Made by a program: the position numbers and the translations under genes
Notes under the pieces: generated by a model
Database searches by the model: none
What the model saw: the letters and a program-made list of their open reading frames with translations, nothing else
What the model was told of the DNA's origin: nothing
NCBI GenBank assembly: GCA_902582755.1
Contig: CACHSZ010000002.1
Coordinates: 9,651-73,650 of the forward strand
DNA: 64,000 nt
Reading direction: 5' to 3'
From: an uncultured Alphaproteobacteria bacterium
Lineage (GTDB): Bacteria > Pseudomonadota > Alphaproteobacteria > HIMB59 > GCA-002718135
Shown here: in pieces, positions 1-9,529 of the stretch
Layout of the letters: every line of letters begins with the position of its first letter
Numbering within the stretch: position 1 is the stretch's first letter

Positions 1-49
1 ATCCCATCATTGGAGCTACGCAGAATTTTCTACTAATTTCCTTTTTCAT
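1..49 (-). CDS. N-terminal fragment of a gene running off the window, possibly tRNA-dihydrouridine synthase (DusA-like)
   Basis: Minus-strand ATG at 49-47 reads MKKEISRKFCVAPMMG. 'xVAPM' resembles the N-terminus of Dus-family enzymes. Only 16 codons are visible. Confidence 0.3.
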   Translation of the reverse strand, partial: MKKEISRKFCVAPMMG

Positions 50-89
50 TCAATTTTGCTATATAAATAATTTTTAAATTAATAATATT

Positions 90-728
90 ATGGAAATACC
101 AAAATTTTTAATTGAAAGATATCAATTCTGGAAAAAGAATAGTTTTGAAGATTACAAAAATATCTACGATAAAGCTTCCAAAACTGTTCAAAAACCAATT
201 GCAATGATTATTACTTGTTGTGATTCTAGAATTCTAGAAAATTCAATTTTTGGAGGAGGTGTTGGAGACTACTTTATACATAAAAATATAGCAAATATAG
301 TTCCATCCAAAAATGATAAAGAACAAAATATTCAGACATTATCCGCCATTGAATATGCTCTAAAAGTTTTAAAAATTCCTAATATAATTATTTTAGGACA
401 CTCAAATTGTGGTGGAGTTGAATATTCTTACAAAATTTTAAAAGATAAAAAAAATTTAAATAATTTTAAATATGTAAATAAATGGTTAAGTTGTCTAAAT
501 AACTCTTACAATAAAATCCCTAAAGATCTAGCAGAAAATGATAAAATAACTTTTTTTGAACAGGTGAATATAAAACAATCAATTGAAAATCTACATGAAT
601 ATGATTTTATAAATAAATTGATAAATGAAAAAAAACTAAATGTAATTGGTTTGTGGTATCAAATCAATTCTGGTCAAATTAAGTTTCTAAATAAAGAAAA
701 TAGTTTTATAGATTTAGACTACCTATAA
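90..728 (+). CDS. beta-class carbonic anhydrase
   Basis: 212-aa ORF with the zinc-ligand motifs CCDSR and GHSNCGG typical of beta-CA. Confidence 0.85.
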   Translation: MEIPKFLIERYQFWKKNSFEDYKNIYDKASKTVQKPIAMIITCCDSRILENSIFGGGVGDYFIHKNIANIVPSKNDKEQNIQTLSAIEYALKVLKIPNIIILGHSNCGGVEYSYKILKDKKNLNNFKYVNKWLSCLNNSYNKIPKDLAENDKITFFEQVNIKQSIENLHEYDFINKLINEKKLNVIGLWYQINSGQIKFLNKENSFIDLDYL

Positions 729-1504
729 GTAAATTTTAAATTAGGAAACTTTTTAAGTTTAACTTCTCGATTATATTTTTTTACTGCATAGCTAGCAATT
801 TTATTAAAGTTTAAATAATTTTTTACAAATTTAGGTTTTTTATTATTAGGACTTAAATTTATTAGATCATCAAATACTAAAACTTGACCATCACAATATT
901 TTGAAGCACCTATGCCAATTGTAGGTATTGAAATATTTTTTGTTATTAGTTTAGCTGTGTCTGCTGTTATACACTCTAACAAAATAGCTTTTGCCCCAAG
1001 CCTTTCTGATTCTTTTGCTAACTTTAATAAATTATTTCTTTCAATATTAGTTTTTCCTAAAATCTTTATTTTATTAAAGTTTTTATAGTTTTGAGGTGTT
1101 ACACCTATATGTGAAATTATATTTATTTTCTTGCTTACTAAGTGTTTTAAAATTTCTAGTTTTTTTTTATTTATCTCTAACTTTAATAAATCTGGCTTAC
1201 AGTTATTCAATAATATTTTGGCATTTTTGAGCGCATCTTTTTTATTTTCATAGGTTTTATAAGGCATATCTAAAACCTTTAAACTTTTCTTAATCACTTT
1301 ATTTACAACTGCTCCATGATTTATCATCATATCCATCGTAACTCCTTGAGTATTTTTCATTCCATAGAGAGTTGAACCTAACGAGTCTCCAACTAGAATT
1401 AAATCAATGTTCCCATCTAAAATATTTGCAATTGAGGGTGAATATGCTGTTAAACAGCTTATTGGTTTATAAAAATTTTTATTCAGAATTTTAATATTTT
1501 TCAT
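719..1504 (-). CDS. panB: 3-methyl-2-oxobutanoate hydroxymethyltransferase
   Basis: 261 aa. LTAYS...LILVGDSLGSTLYG...GIGAS...CDGQVLV pattern typical of PanB. Confidence 0.9.
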   Translation of the reverse strand: MKNIKILNKNFYKPISCLTAYSPSIANILDGNIDLILVGDSLGSTLYGMKNTQGVTMDMMINHGAVVNKVIKKSLKVLDMPYKTYENKKDALKNAKILLNNCKPDLLKLEINKKKLEILKHLVSKKINIISHIGVTPQNYKNFNKIKILGKTNIERNNLLKLAKESERLGAKAILLECITADTAKLITKNISIPTIGIGASKYCDGQVLVFDDLINLSPNNKKPKFVKNYLNFNKIASYAVKKYNREVKLKKFPNLKFTYR

Positions 1505-1535
1505 TGTATCTTAATAAATAGATATTTTTTAAGTT

Positions 1536-3452
1536 TTAAACTTTTAATTTAAAATTTTTAATATCAATAACTTTATTTTCATAAAAATTATTTATTTCTT
1601 TGATTATTGACTCTGTGTCCATATTAATATCTTGATATTGTTCATCTGGAGTCATATGTTCCACGAAACGATCTGGAAAAATTAAATTTTTTATTATAAT
1701 ATTATCTTTTTTTGATCTAACATTATGTACATAATGTAAAACATGAGATGAAAATCCACCTATAGAACCTTCCTCAATTGTTAGTATATATTTATGATTA
1801 TCTAACAAATTATCAATTAATTCACTGTCTAATGGTTTTGCAAATCTTGCATCTGCAATAGTAGGATAAATATTATTTTTATTTAAAAACTTACTAGCTT
1901 CAATACATTTTTCAAGCCTAGTTCCTAGATTTAAGATAGCAATGTCATTACCTTCAATTAAAACATATCCTTTACCAATATTAATGTCAGAAGGTTGATT
2001 ATCGAATAGTTCATCCGATCCTGTTCCTCTTGGAAATCTAAATGCAGAAGGCGTATGATTTATTTCACAAGACAATTCTATCATTTTTGATAACTCTCTT
2101 TGATTGCTTGGTGCCATAACAATAAAATTTGGTAATGTTGTTAAATAAGTAATATCAAATGAACCAGCGTGAGTAGGACCATCTGAACCTACCAACCCAG
2201 CTCTATCAATAGCAAATCTAACTGGTAATTTCTGAATAGCTACATCATGAACTATTTGATCATAAGCTCTTTGTAAAAATGTTGAATAAATTGCAACAAA
2301 TGGTTTAAAGCCCTCTGTAGCTAATCCAGCTGCCATTGTAACTGCATGTTGTTCAGCAATTCCAACATCAAAAAATCTTTTTTCGAAATTTTGTTTAAAC
2401 AATTTTAATCCTGTTCCAGACATCATTGCTGCAGTTATTGCTACAATCTTTTCATCATTTTCAGCAAGTTTAGTAAGTTTTTCTCCAAAGACATTTGAGT
2501 AAGATTTTAAATTTGATTTTTTAATTGAGTTACCTGTATTAATATCAAACTTTTCTACACCATGAAATTTATCATCTGATTTTTCTGCTGGGCTGTATCC
2601 CTTACCTTTTTTAGTTATACAATGAAGAAAAACTGGTTTATCGAATTTGTTATCTCTTATATTTTCTAGAACTGAAACCATATCGTCAATATTATGCCCA
2701 TCTATGGGCCCAAGATAATAAAAACCTAACTCCTCAAATAAAGTACCTCCTGAGATTAGTCCTTTCGAATACTCTTCTGTTCTGGAAAGAGTCTTTGAAA
2801 AATTCGATGGTAAGGTTTTTGAAATTTTTTTAATAATATTTCTTAAGCTTGAGTAAGATTTAGATGATAGCAATCTTGTTAAATATGTGCTCATTGCACC
2901 AACAGGTTTGTCTATTGACATTTTGTTATCATTTAAAATAACAATTAAACCTTTTTTTTGGGCACCAGCGTTGTTTAATCCTTCAAACGCTAAACCAGCA
3001 CTTAAAGCACCATCTCCAACAACACATATAACTTTCGATTTATCTTTATTTATATCTTTTGCAGCTTTAATTCCTAAGCCTGCTGAAACTGATGTTGAAC
3101 TATGAGCTGTACCAAATGGATCATATTCACTTTCAGACCTTCTTACGAAACCATATAGCCCATCTTTTTTTCTAAGCGTCTCAATATTTTTTTTTCTGCC
3201 TGTTATGATTTTGTGAGGATAAGCTTGGTGTCCAACGTCCCAAATTAATTTATCATGTGGAGTATTAAATACATAATGAATTGCTACAGTTAGTTCTACC
3301 ACACCTAATCCAGCACCTAGATGACCACCAGTTTTTGAAACAGTCTCAATTGTTTTAGCTCTTAATTCCTCTGAGATTTGCTTTAGATCTTTCTTTTTAA
3401 ATTCTCTTAAGTCTGATGGAAAATTAATTTTATCTAAAAGATCATAATCCAT
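1536..3452 (-). CDS. dxs: 1-deoxy-D-xylulose-5-phosphate synthase
   Basis: 638 aa. GGHLGAGLGVVELTVA, DVGHQAYPHKIITGR and GDGALSAG (TPP-binding) are DXS signatures. Confidence 0.95.
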   Translation of the reverse strand: MDYDLLDKINFPSDLREFKKKDLKQISEELRAKTIETVSKTGGHLGAGLGVVELTVAIHYVFNTPHDKLIWDVGHQAYPHKIITGRKKNIETLRKKDGLYGFVRRSESEYDPFGTAHSSTSVSAGLGIKAAKDINKDKSKVICVVGDGALSAGLAFEGLNNAGAQKKGLIVILNDNKMSIDKPVGAMSTYLTRLLSSKSYSSLRNIIKKISKTLPSNFSKTLSRTEEYSKGLISGGTLFEELGFYYLGPIDGHNIDDMVSVLENIRDNKFDKPVFLHCITKKGKGYSPAEKSDDKFHGVEKFDINTGNSIKKSNLKSYSNVFGEKLTKLAENDEKIVAITAAMMSGTGLKLFKQNFEKRFFDVGIAEQHAVTMAAGLATEGFKPFVAIYSTFLQRAYDQIVHDVAIQKLPVRFAIDRAGLVGSDGPTHAGSFDITYLTTLPNFIVMAPSNQRELSKMIELSCEINHTPSAFRFPRGTGSDELFDNQPSDINIGKGYVLIEGNDIAILNLGTRLEKCIEASKFLNKNNIYPTIADARFAKPLDSELIDNLLDNHKYILTIEEGSIGGFSSHVLHYVHNVRSKKDNIIIKNLIFPDRFVEHMTPDEQYQDINMDTESIIKEINNFYENKVIDIKNFKLKV

Positions 3453-3585
3453 AATTTATTTTACTATTTTTGCCTAGATTTGATATTTTTATATCTGGAA
3501 AAAAACAAGTGTTTGTGGAAAGATTTAAGAGATAAATTTTAAAGATAAAATTTCTAGACTTTTTAGAATTTAAAAACTAATTATA

Positions 3586-4830
3586 ATGCTAATGTTTTAT
3601 GATGTAGATACAAAAAAGATCGATAAACTTGCTCATTTATCTATTAAAAGAGGAGTTGCACTTCAAAAAGGTCAAAATCTTTTAATAACAGCACCGTTAG
3701 AATCTTTACCTTTAGTTAGAAAAATAGCTGAATACGCTTACAAAGAAGGAGCTGGACTTGTGACCCCACTTTTCAATGATTCTGATATTACATTATCTCG
3801 ATTTAAGTTTGGTAATGATGAATCTTTCAATGTTGCAGCAAATTGGCTTTATAATGGGATGGGTGAAGCTTTTGATAACAACACAGCCAGAATGGCTATT
3901 GCTGGTGATGATCCCATGCTACTATCTGAAATTGATCCTAATAAAGTTTCACGTGCAAATAAAGCTAATGCTGTTGCATACAAACCAGCTAGAGAAAGAA
4001 TTACTGAATTTAAAATTAACTGGAATATAATTTCGTGGCCGGGAAAAGCATGGGCAAAAAGAGTCTTCCCAGATCTTGATGATAGTGAAGCAATTAAAAA
4101 ATTAGGTGATGCAATATTTGATGCATCAAGAGTTAGCAATGATGATCCTGTAGCTGAATGGGACCAACATAATAAAAATTTAAGAGATAAAACAGATTGG
4201 TTAAATGCTAAAAATTTTCATTCTTTAAAATACTCTGGTCCTGGAACTTCTTTGACTGTAGGTCTTGCTGACGACCATGAGTGGATGGGAGGAGCTTCAG
4301 AAGCTCAAAATGGTATTATTTGTAATCCAAATATCCCATCTGAAGAAGTATTCACTACTCCTCATGCTGATCGTGTTAGTGGCGAAGTTTGCTCAACCAA
4401 ACCTCTATCGTATCAAGGAACACTAATTGAAGATATTAATGTTCGCTTTGAAGAAGGTAAAATTGTTGATGCAAAATCTTCTAAAGGACAAGATGTTTTA
4501 TTAAAAGTTCTCGATTCAGATGAGGGATCAAGAAGACTTGGTGAAGTAGCCTTAGTTCCAAATAGTTCACCTATCTCGCAATTAGGAATAACTTTCTATA
4601 ACACTTTATTTGACGAGAATGCTGCTTCTCATATAGCTCTGGGTCAATGTTACTCAAAATGTTTCAAATCGAAAAAAGACTTATCGAAAGATGAAATCAC
4701 TCAAAGAGGTGGTAATTCAAGCATGATACATATTGATTGGATGATTGGCTCAGGTAAAATTGATGTTGAGGGTGTTGATAAGGATGGCGCTGTTACGCCA
4801 ATATTTAAACAAGGAGAATGGTGTAACTAG
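3586..4830 (+). CDS. M29-family aminopeptidase (AmpS/PepS-like)
   Basis: 414 aa. KLAHL.I.RGV.LQKGQ.LLI N-terminus and C-terminal HIALG/IHIDWMIG motifs typical of thermophilic-metalloprotease M29 aminopeptidases. Confidence 0.8.
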   Translation: MLMFYDVDTKKIDKLAHLSIKRGVALQKGQNLLITAPLESLPLVRKIAEYAYKEGAGLVTPLFNDSDITLSRFKFGNDESFNVAANWLYNGMGEAFDNNTARMAIAGDDPMLLSEIDPNKVSRANKANAVAYKPARERITEFKINWNIISWPGKAWAKRVFPDLDDSEAIKKLGDAIFDASRVSNDDPVAEWDQHNKNLRDKTDWLNAKNFHSLKYSGPGTSLTVGLADDHEWMGGASEAQNGIICNPNIPSEEVFTTPHADRVSGEVCSTKPLSYQGTLIEDINVRFEEGKIVDAKSSKGQDVLLKVLDSDEGSRRLGEVALVPNSSPISQLGITFYNTLFDENAASHIALGQCYSKCFKSKKDLSKDEITQRGGNSSMIHIDWMIGSGKIDVEGVDKDGAVTPIFKQGEWCN

Positions 4831-4835
4831 TTTTT

Positions 4836-4958
4836 CTATTTTTTTAAATAAGGTCCAAAGCTAAGATCTAAACCTACACCAACTCTAGCTAATGAATAAA
4901 TAATAACTAAGAAAAAAATTACTATAATTAAGTTTCGTATAATTTTTTTTTCATCCAT
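4836..4958 (-). CDS. hypothetical 40-aa small membrane protein (not in the ORF track)
   Basis: ATG at 4958 lies 4 nt downstream of the MFS stop (4963). It translates to MDEKKIIRNLIIVIFFLVIIYSLARVGVGLDLSFGPYLKK with one clear hydrophobic helix, and fills an otherwise empty 132-nt convergent gap. Confidence 0.35.
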   Translation of the reverse strand: MDEKKIIRNLIIVIFFLVIIYSLARVGVGLDLSFGPYLKK

Positions 4959-4962
4959 AAAA

Positions 4963-6216
4963 TTACGCTGTTTGTATATTTGTATTAGATAATGGTTTTT
5001 CTCTAATTGGTAAATGAATTATTGCAGAAAAGGCACCTACTCCTATACCAACCCACCATACAATATCATAACTTCCATAGATATCATAAAATAGACCACC
5101 TAACCAAACACCTACAAAAGATCCTAGCTGATGAGAAAAAAATACAATGCCATATAATGTGCCCATAAATTTTAATCCATAAATATGGCCTATAATTCCT
5201 GAAGTTAAAGGAACTGTTGCTAACCATAAAGCACCCATAACTATTGAAAATATCGCAATAGATGTTGGTGTAATAGGTAGTAAGATAAATAAAATTGCCG
5301 CAATAGTCCTTCCAGTATAAATTAAAGATAAAAGATATTTCTTATAATATCCCTTTCCTAAAGCGCCAGCAATCAAACAACCAATTATATTAAACAATCC
5401 TATAAGAGCCATAGATAATGCTCCTAAGCCATCTACAGAACTACAAACCAAACTTATTAAACTTCCTTCTATAATTGGACTACTAGATTCAACAATAAAT
5501 GCAGGAAAATGTGCAGTGATAAATGCTAACTGAAAGCCGCAAGAAAAAAAACCAAAGAACAACATTGAATACGTTGGGTCTTTTAATGCAACAAATACAG
5601 CATTAGTAATTTTTTCATTTTTATTATTAATATTTGTATTTGATAATTCTGTTTTTAAAATTGGAACAAGAATCAGTGTAATTAATAATATAATTGAAAA
5701 GATTTCAAACACTGAAGACCAAGGCAGAAATGATAATAGAATAGAAGTTAGTGGTGGACCAACCACTTGTCCAGCTGATCCTGCAGCAGTTGTAATACCT
5801 AGTGCCAAAGATCTTTTTTCTGGAGATGTGGCTCTTCCAACAACTGCTAAAATTGGACCAAAACCACTACCAGCTATTCCAAATCCAATTAATAGGTTTA
5901 AAGTTTGATGCGCCTCTGGAGTTGTAGCAGTACTACTTACGAAAATTCCAATTGCATAAAGAATTAAGCCTAGCGCTATTGCTTTTCTATCACCATATTT
6001 TTCGGCAAAAGCACTAAATAATGGAGTACCTACACCCCAAGCTAAATTTTGAATAGCAATGGCAAGAGAAAATTCTGAACGGTTCCATAAAAAATCAGAC
6101 GCAATAGGAATTTGAAATAGACCAAATGTTGAACGAATTGCAAAACTTATTAAAAGAATTAAACTTCCTCCAATTAGAATAGGAGTAAATACAGAATTAA
6201 TTCTCTCATCTTTCAT
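4963..6216 (-). CDS. major facilitator superfamily transporter
   Basis: 417 aa, about 12 hydrophobic segments, with a central loop dividing two 6-TM halves. Substrate not inferable. Confidence 0.8.
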   Translation of the reverse strand: MKDERINSVFTPILIGGSLILLISFAIRSTFGLFQIPIASDFLWNRSEFSLAIAIQNLAWGVGTPLFSAFAEKYGDRKAIALGLILYAIGIFVSSTATTPEAHQTLNLLIGFGIAGSGFGPILAVVGRATSPEKRSLALGITTAAGSAGQVVGPPLTSILLSFLPWSSVFEIFSIILLITLILVPILKTELSNTNINNKNEKITNAVFVALKDPTYSMLFFGFFSCGFQLAFITAHFPAFIVESSSPIIEGSLISLVCSSVDGLGALSMALIGLFNIIGCLIAGALGKGYYKKYLLSLIYTGRTIAAILFILLPITPTSIAIFSIVMGALWLATVPLTSGIIGHIYGLKFMGTLYGIVFFSHQLGSFVGVWLGGLFYDIYGSYDIVWWVGIGVGAFSAIIHLPIREKPLSNTNIQTA

Positions 6217-6265
6217 ATCTTAACAGATAACAGGAAGAATATTTATTTCTAGAATTTTTATTATA

Positions 6266-6742
6266 TTAAATTGTATTATTTACTTCTGTCTTTTCATTTT
6301 CTTCTTTTTCAGGAACGACATATGCAACAGCACAATGATCTAAACAATAAGGCTTATCTTCAAATCTATCTTTACCGCAAAAACGAAAATCAGCTTCATC
6401 AGGATGACCTTCAGGCCATTCACAACCTCTCTTTGGAGTTGTAGTGAATAAATTTTTAACCACTGGCTGGAAAACAGATGGCTCTGTAGAAACACTCTCT
6501 GATTCTTTGGTGTTTTCAAAATTTAATTTTGGCATTACCGGTGATCTAGCTTTTTTTCGATCAGGCTTAACAGCTGTTCTTCTTATAGGAGATGGTCTTC
6601 TCTCGAGTCCAATTCTATGAGCTTTACCAACAACTGCATTTTTTGTGAAACCTAGTAATTTCCCAATTTGTGCCGTTGGCAAACCTTGGTCCCACAAATC
6701 TCTAAGTTTTGCTACATTATTATCATCCCAAGGCATTATCAA
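6266..6742 (-). CDS. gcrA: cell-cycle transcriptional regulator GcrA
   Basis: MPWDDNNVAKLRDLWDQGLPTAQIGKLLGFTKNAVVGKAHRIGL N-terminus and CEWP...FCG...YC..H C-terminus match the GcrA family. The true start is probably the third codon (6736). Confidence 0.9.
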   Translation of the reverse strand: MIMPWDDNNVAKLRDLWDQGLPTAQIGKLLGFTKNAVVGKAHRIGLERRPSPIRRTAVKPDRKKARSPVMPKLNFENTKESESVSTEPSVFQPVVKNLFTTTPKRGCEWPEGHPDEADFRFCGKDRFEDKPYCLDHCAVAYVVPEKEENEKTEVNNTI

Positions 6743-6874
6743 TCTCCATTACTACATTTAGTAGCCTAAAAAAGGTTTAATATACTAAATATATGTATTA
6801 AAAAAGATAAAACTGCAAATTTTTGAAAAAAATCAATGATTTCCAGCTTTTTTTTTATATACATGTGAATAGAA

Positions 6875-8071
6875 ATGAAAGAATTAAGAGATCTAGACTG
6901 TAAAAATAAAAAAATAATTGTTCGAGTGGATTTAAACGTACCAGTTTTGGAAGGGACAATTACAGATAATTCAAGAATTCATGCTATTTTACCAACACTT
7001 GAAAAACTAATTAAAAATAAAAATAAGGTATTCTTAATTGCTCATTTTGGTCGACCCAAAGGTGAAGTTAATAAAAAATATTCAATTGAGTTTTTATGTT
7101 TAGAATTAAAAAAATTTTTAAATCTAAACACAATTCATTTTTTAGCTAACTGTGAAAAAAAAATAATTGAGACAAAAATTACTGAAATGGACTTGGGAGA
7201 AATTTGTCTAATAGAAAATATTCGTTTTAATGCTGAAGAAGAAAAAAATGATCTTAATTTTTCAAAATTATTAGCTTCTAGTTTTGACATGTATATTAAT
7301 GATGCTTTTTCTGCATCCCATCGTAATCATGCATCTATAACAGGTATTTCAAAATACTTACCTTCATATGCCGGATTAAGTTTTTCAAAAGAAATTGAAA
7401 ATTTAGATAAATTTTTAGAAAATTCAAACAAACCAAATCTAGCAATTATAGGCGGTTCAAAGATTTCAACAAAAATAAAAGTTTTAGAGAATTTAGTAGA
7501 AATTTTTGACTTTCTAGTAATTGGAGGTGCAATGGCTAATACCTTTTTGCTATCAAATAACTATAACGTTGGTTCTTCTCTAGTAGAAAATGATTTTATT
7601 GAACTATCAAGAAAGATACAAAAAAAAGCAGAATTAAAAAATTGCAAAATACTTTTACCAATTGATGCTGTATGTTCAAAAAATATTGAAGATAGAGTAA
7701 ATGTTAAGACTTATTCAATCAATAATATTCCAAATGATCAAATGATATTAGATGTTGGTGAACAAACTACAAAATTAATTTCTGATGAAATATCTAAATC
7801 TAAATCATTATTATGGAATGGGCCATTAGGTGCTTTTGAATATAGTCCATTTGATAAAAGTACTATTTCAGTTGCAAATATCATACAAAATTATTCAAGT
7901 AAGTCTCAATTAGATGCTCTAGCTGGTGGAGGAGATACACTTGCAGCAATAAAAAAAGCTAAAGCTAATGACGCATTTAAATATTTATCTACTGCTGGCG
8001 GTGCATTTTTAGAGTGGCTTGAGGGAAATAAATCACCAGGATTTATAGCACTAAGAGAAAACAATTTTTAA
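6875..8071 (+). CDS. pgk: phosphoglycerate kinase
   Basis: 398 aa. RVDLNVP, AHFGRPKG, FSASHR and GGGDT motifs. Confidence 0.95.
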   Translation: MKELRDLDCKNKKIIVRVDLNVPVLEGTITDNSRIHAILPTLEKLIKNKNKVFLIAHFGRPKGEVNKKYSIEFLCLELKKFLNLNTIHFLANCEKKIIETKITEMDLGEICLIENIRFNAEEEKNDLNFSKLLASSFDMYINDAFSASHRNHASITGISKYLPSYAGLSFSKEIENLDKFLENSNKPNLAIIGGSKISTKIKVLENLVEIFDFLVIGGAMANTFLLSNNYNVGSSLVENDFIELSRKIQKKAELKNCKILLPIDAVCSKNIEDRVNVKTYSINNIPNDQMILDVGEQTTKLISDEISKSKSLLWNGPLGAFEYSPFDKSTISVANIIQNYSSKSQLDALAGGGDTLAAIKKAKANDAFKYLSTAGGAFLEWLEGNKSPGFIALRENNF

Positions 8072-8072
8072 T

Positions 8073-8612
8073 TTAATCTTCAATTTGATATTTTTTAATT
8101 AAAGGGAATTGTGTCATCGTAAAAATAAAAGTAATTGGCAAGATACCAAAAACTTTAAAATTTACCCAAACATCAGTACTTTGTGTTCTCCAAACAATTT
8201 CATTTAAAACAGCAAGTGCAACAAAAAAAGCGATCCACCTTTGAGTTAATATTCTCCATCCATCTTCTTCTAGTTTAAGTGCAGCACCTAAAAGATACTT
8301 TAAAAGAGGTTTTTTAACAATCACTCCTCCATATAAAATTAATGCGAAGACCATATTTATGATTGTTGGTTTCATTTTAATAAAAATTTCATTGTCAAAA
8401 TAAATTGTTAGACCTCCAAATATTAATACAATCGAAGCCCCGAGAGTTGGCATAATTGGTATTTTTTTCTCAAGTATATATGAAATGATTACTGAAATTA
8501 CAGTTGCAATCATAAGAGGAAGTATTGCTTCTTGAAGACCACTTCTTGTATAAAAAATAAAGAATACTGCAAGCGGTCCTATATCAATTAATAATTTATA
8601 AACTGACTTCAT
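8073..8612 (-). CDS. yciB: intracellular septation protein A (YciB/IspZ family)
   Basis: 179 aa, 5 TM segments, with the N-terminal ...D.GPL..FF..Y pattern of YciB. Confidence 0.8.
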   Translation of the reverse strand: MKSVYKLLIDIGPLAVFFIFYTRSGLQEAILPLMIATVISVIISYILEKKIPIMPTLGASIVLIFGGLTIYFDNEIFIKMKPTIINMVFALILYGGVIVKKPLLKYLLGAALKLEEDGWRILTQRWIAFFVALAVLNEIVWRTQSTDVWVNFKVFGILPITFIFTMTQFPLIKKYQIED

Positions 8613-9529
8613 TTTTGTTCTTCTAGATTTAAAATAGACCTAGCAAAGTTTTGAGAATTAAAGGTTACAAGATCCTCAATACTTTCTCCAAGACCAACAT
8701 AACTTATAGGGATTTCAAATTTATTTGCAATTGAAATTAATGCGCCACCTTTTGCTGTTCCATCCAATTTAGTTATTATAAGACTTGATACATTAAGTTC
8801 ATTTCCAAAGGTTTCCACTTGCTTAATCATGTTCGAACCATTTGTTCCATCTAAAACTAACACAGTTTCAATATTAAAAGAGGAATTAACTTTTGAGATA
8901 ACATTCTTCAATTTAATTAGTTGATTAATGAGGTTAGTATTATTTGATAATCTTCCTGCAGTATCAATAAGTAAAAAATCATAATTTTCTTTTCCAAATT
9001 CTTCAGTTGCCTGATATGCTACACTTGCTGGATCTTGATTACTTTTTCCAGCGATAAAACCATTATTATTTTTTTTCGCCCAATTTTCCAACTGCTCAAC
9101 AGCTGCTGCCCTAAATGTATCACAAGCCGCAATCAGAATTTTTTTATTTGATAAAATTTTATTTGCAATTTTACCAATAGTGGTTGTTTTTCCACTTCCG
9201 TTTACACCAACGAATATTAATATTTTTTTTTCATCATTTTTTTCATTTATCAGAACATGTTCTCTTGGAAGTAATATACTTTCTATATTTTGAGCTAAGA
9301 TTTCTAGTACTTTTTTTATTCCATCATCATTTGAAATATTTATTTTTTTTATAGAATCTATTAGCTGATTTACAACATCCAAACTAATATCAGATGAAAT
9401 AAGAACATTTTCTAACTCTTCTAAAGTTAAATCGTCTATTTTTTTGTTTTTTAAAATCTCTAAAATATTAAAAGAAAGTATATTTGAAGTTTTACTTAAC
9501 TTATCTTTAAATATTGAGAACAAACTCAT
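8609..9529 (-). CDS. ftsY: signal recognition particle receptor FtsY
   Basis: 306 aa. SRP GTPase NG domain with GVNGSGKTTTIGK, DTAGR and TKLDGTAKGG. Confidence 0.95.
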   Translation of the reverse strand: MSLFSIFKDKLSKTSNILSFNILEILKNKKIDDLTLEELENVLISSDISLDVVNQLIDSIKKINISNDDGIKKVLEILAQNIESILLPREHVLINEKNDEKKILIFVGVNGSGKTTTIGKIANKILSNKKILIAACDTFRAAAVEQLENWAKKNNNGFIAGKSNQDPASVAYQATEEFGKENYDFLLIDTAGRLSNNTNLINQLIKLKNVISKVNSSFNIETVLVLDGTNGSNMIKQVETFGNELNVSSLIITKLDGTAKGGALISIANKFEIPISYVGLGESIEDLVTFNSQNFARSILNLEEQK

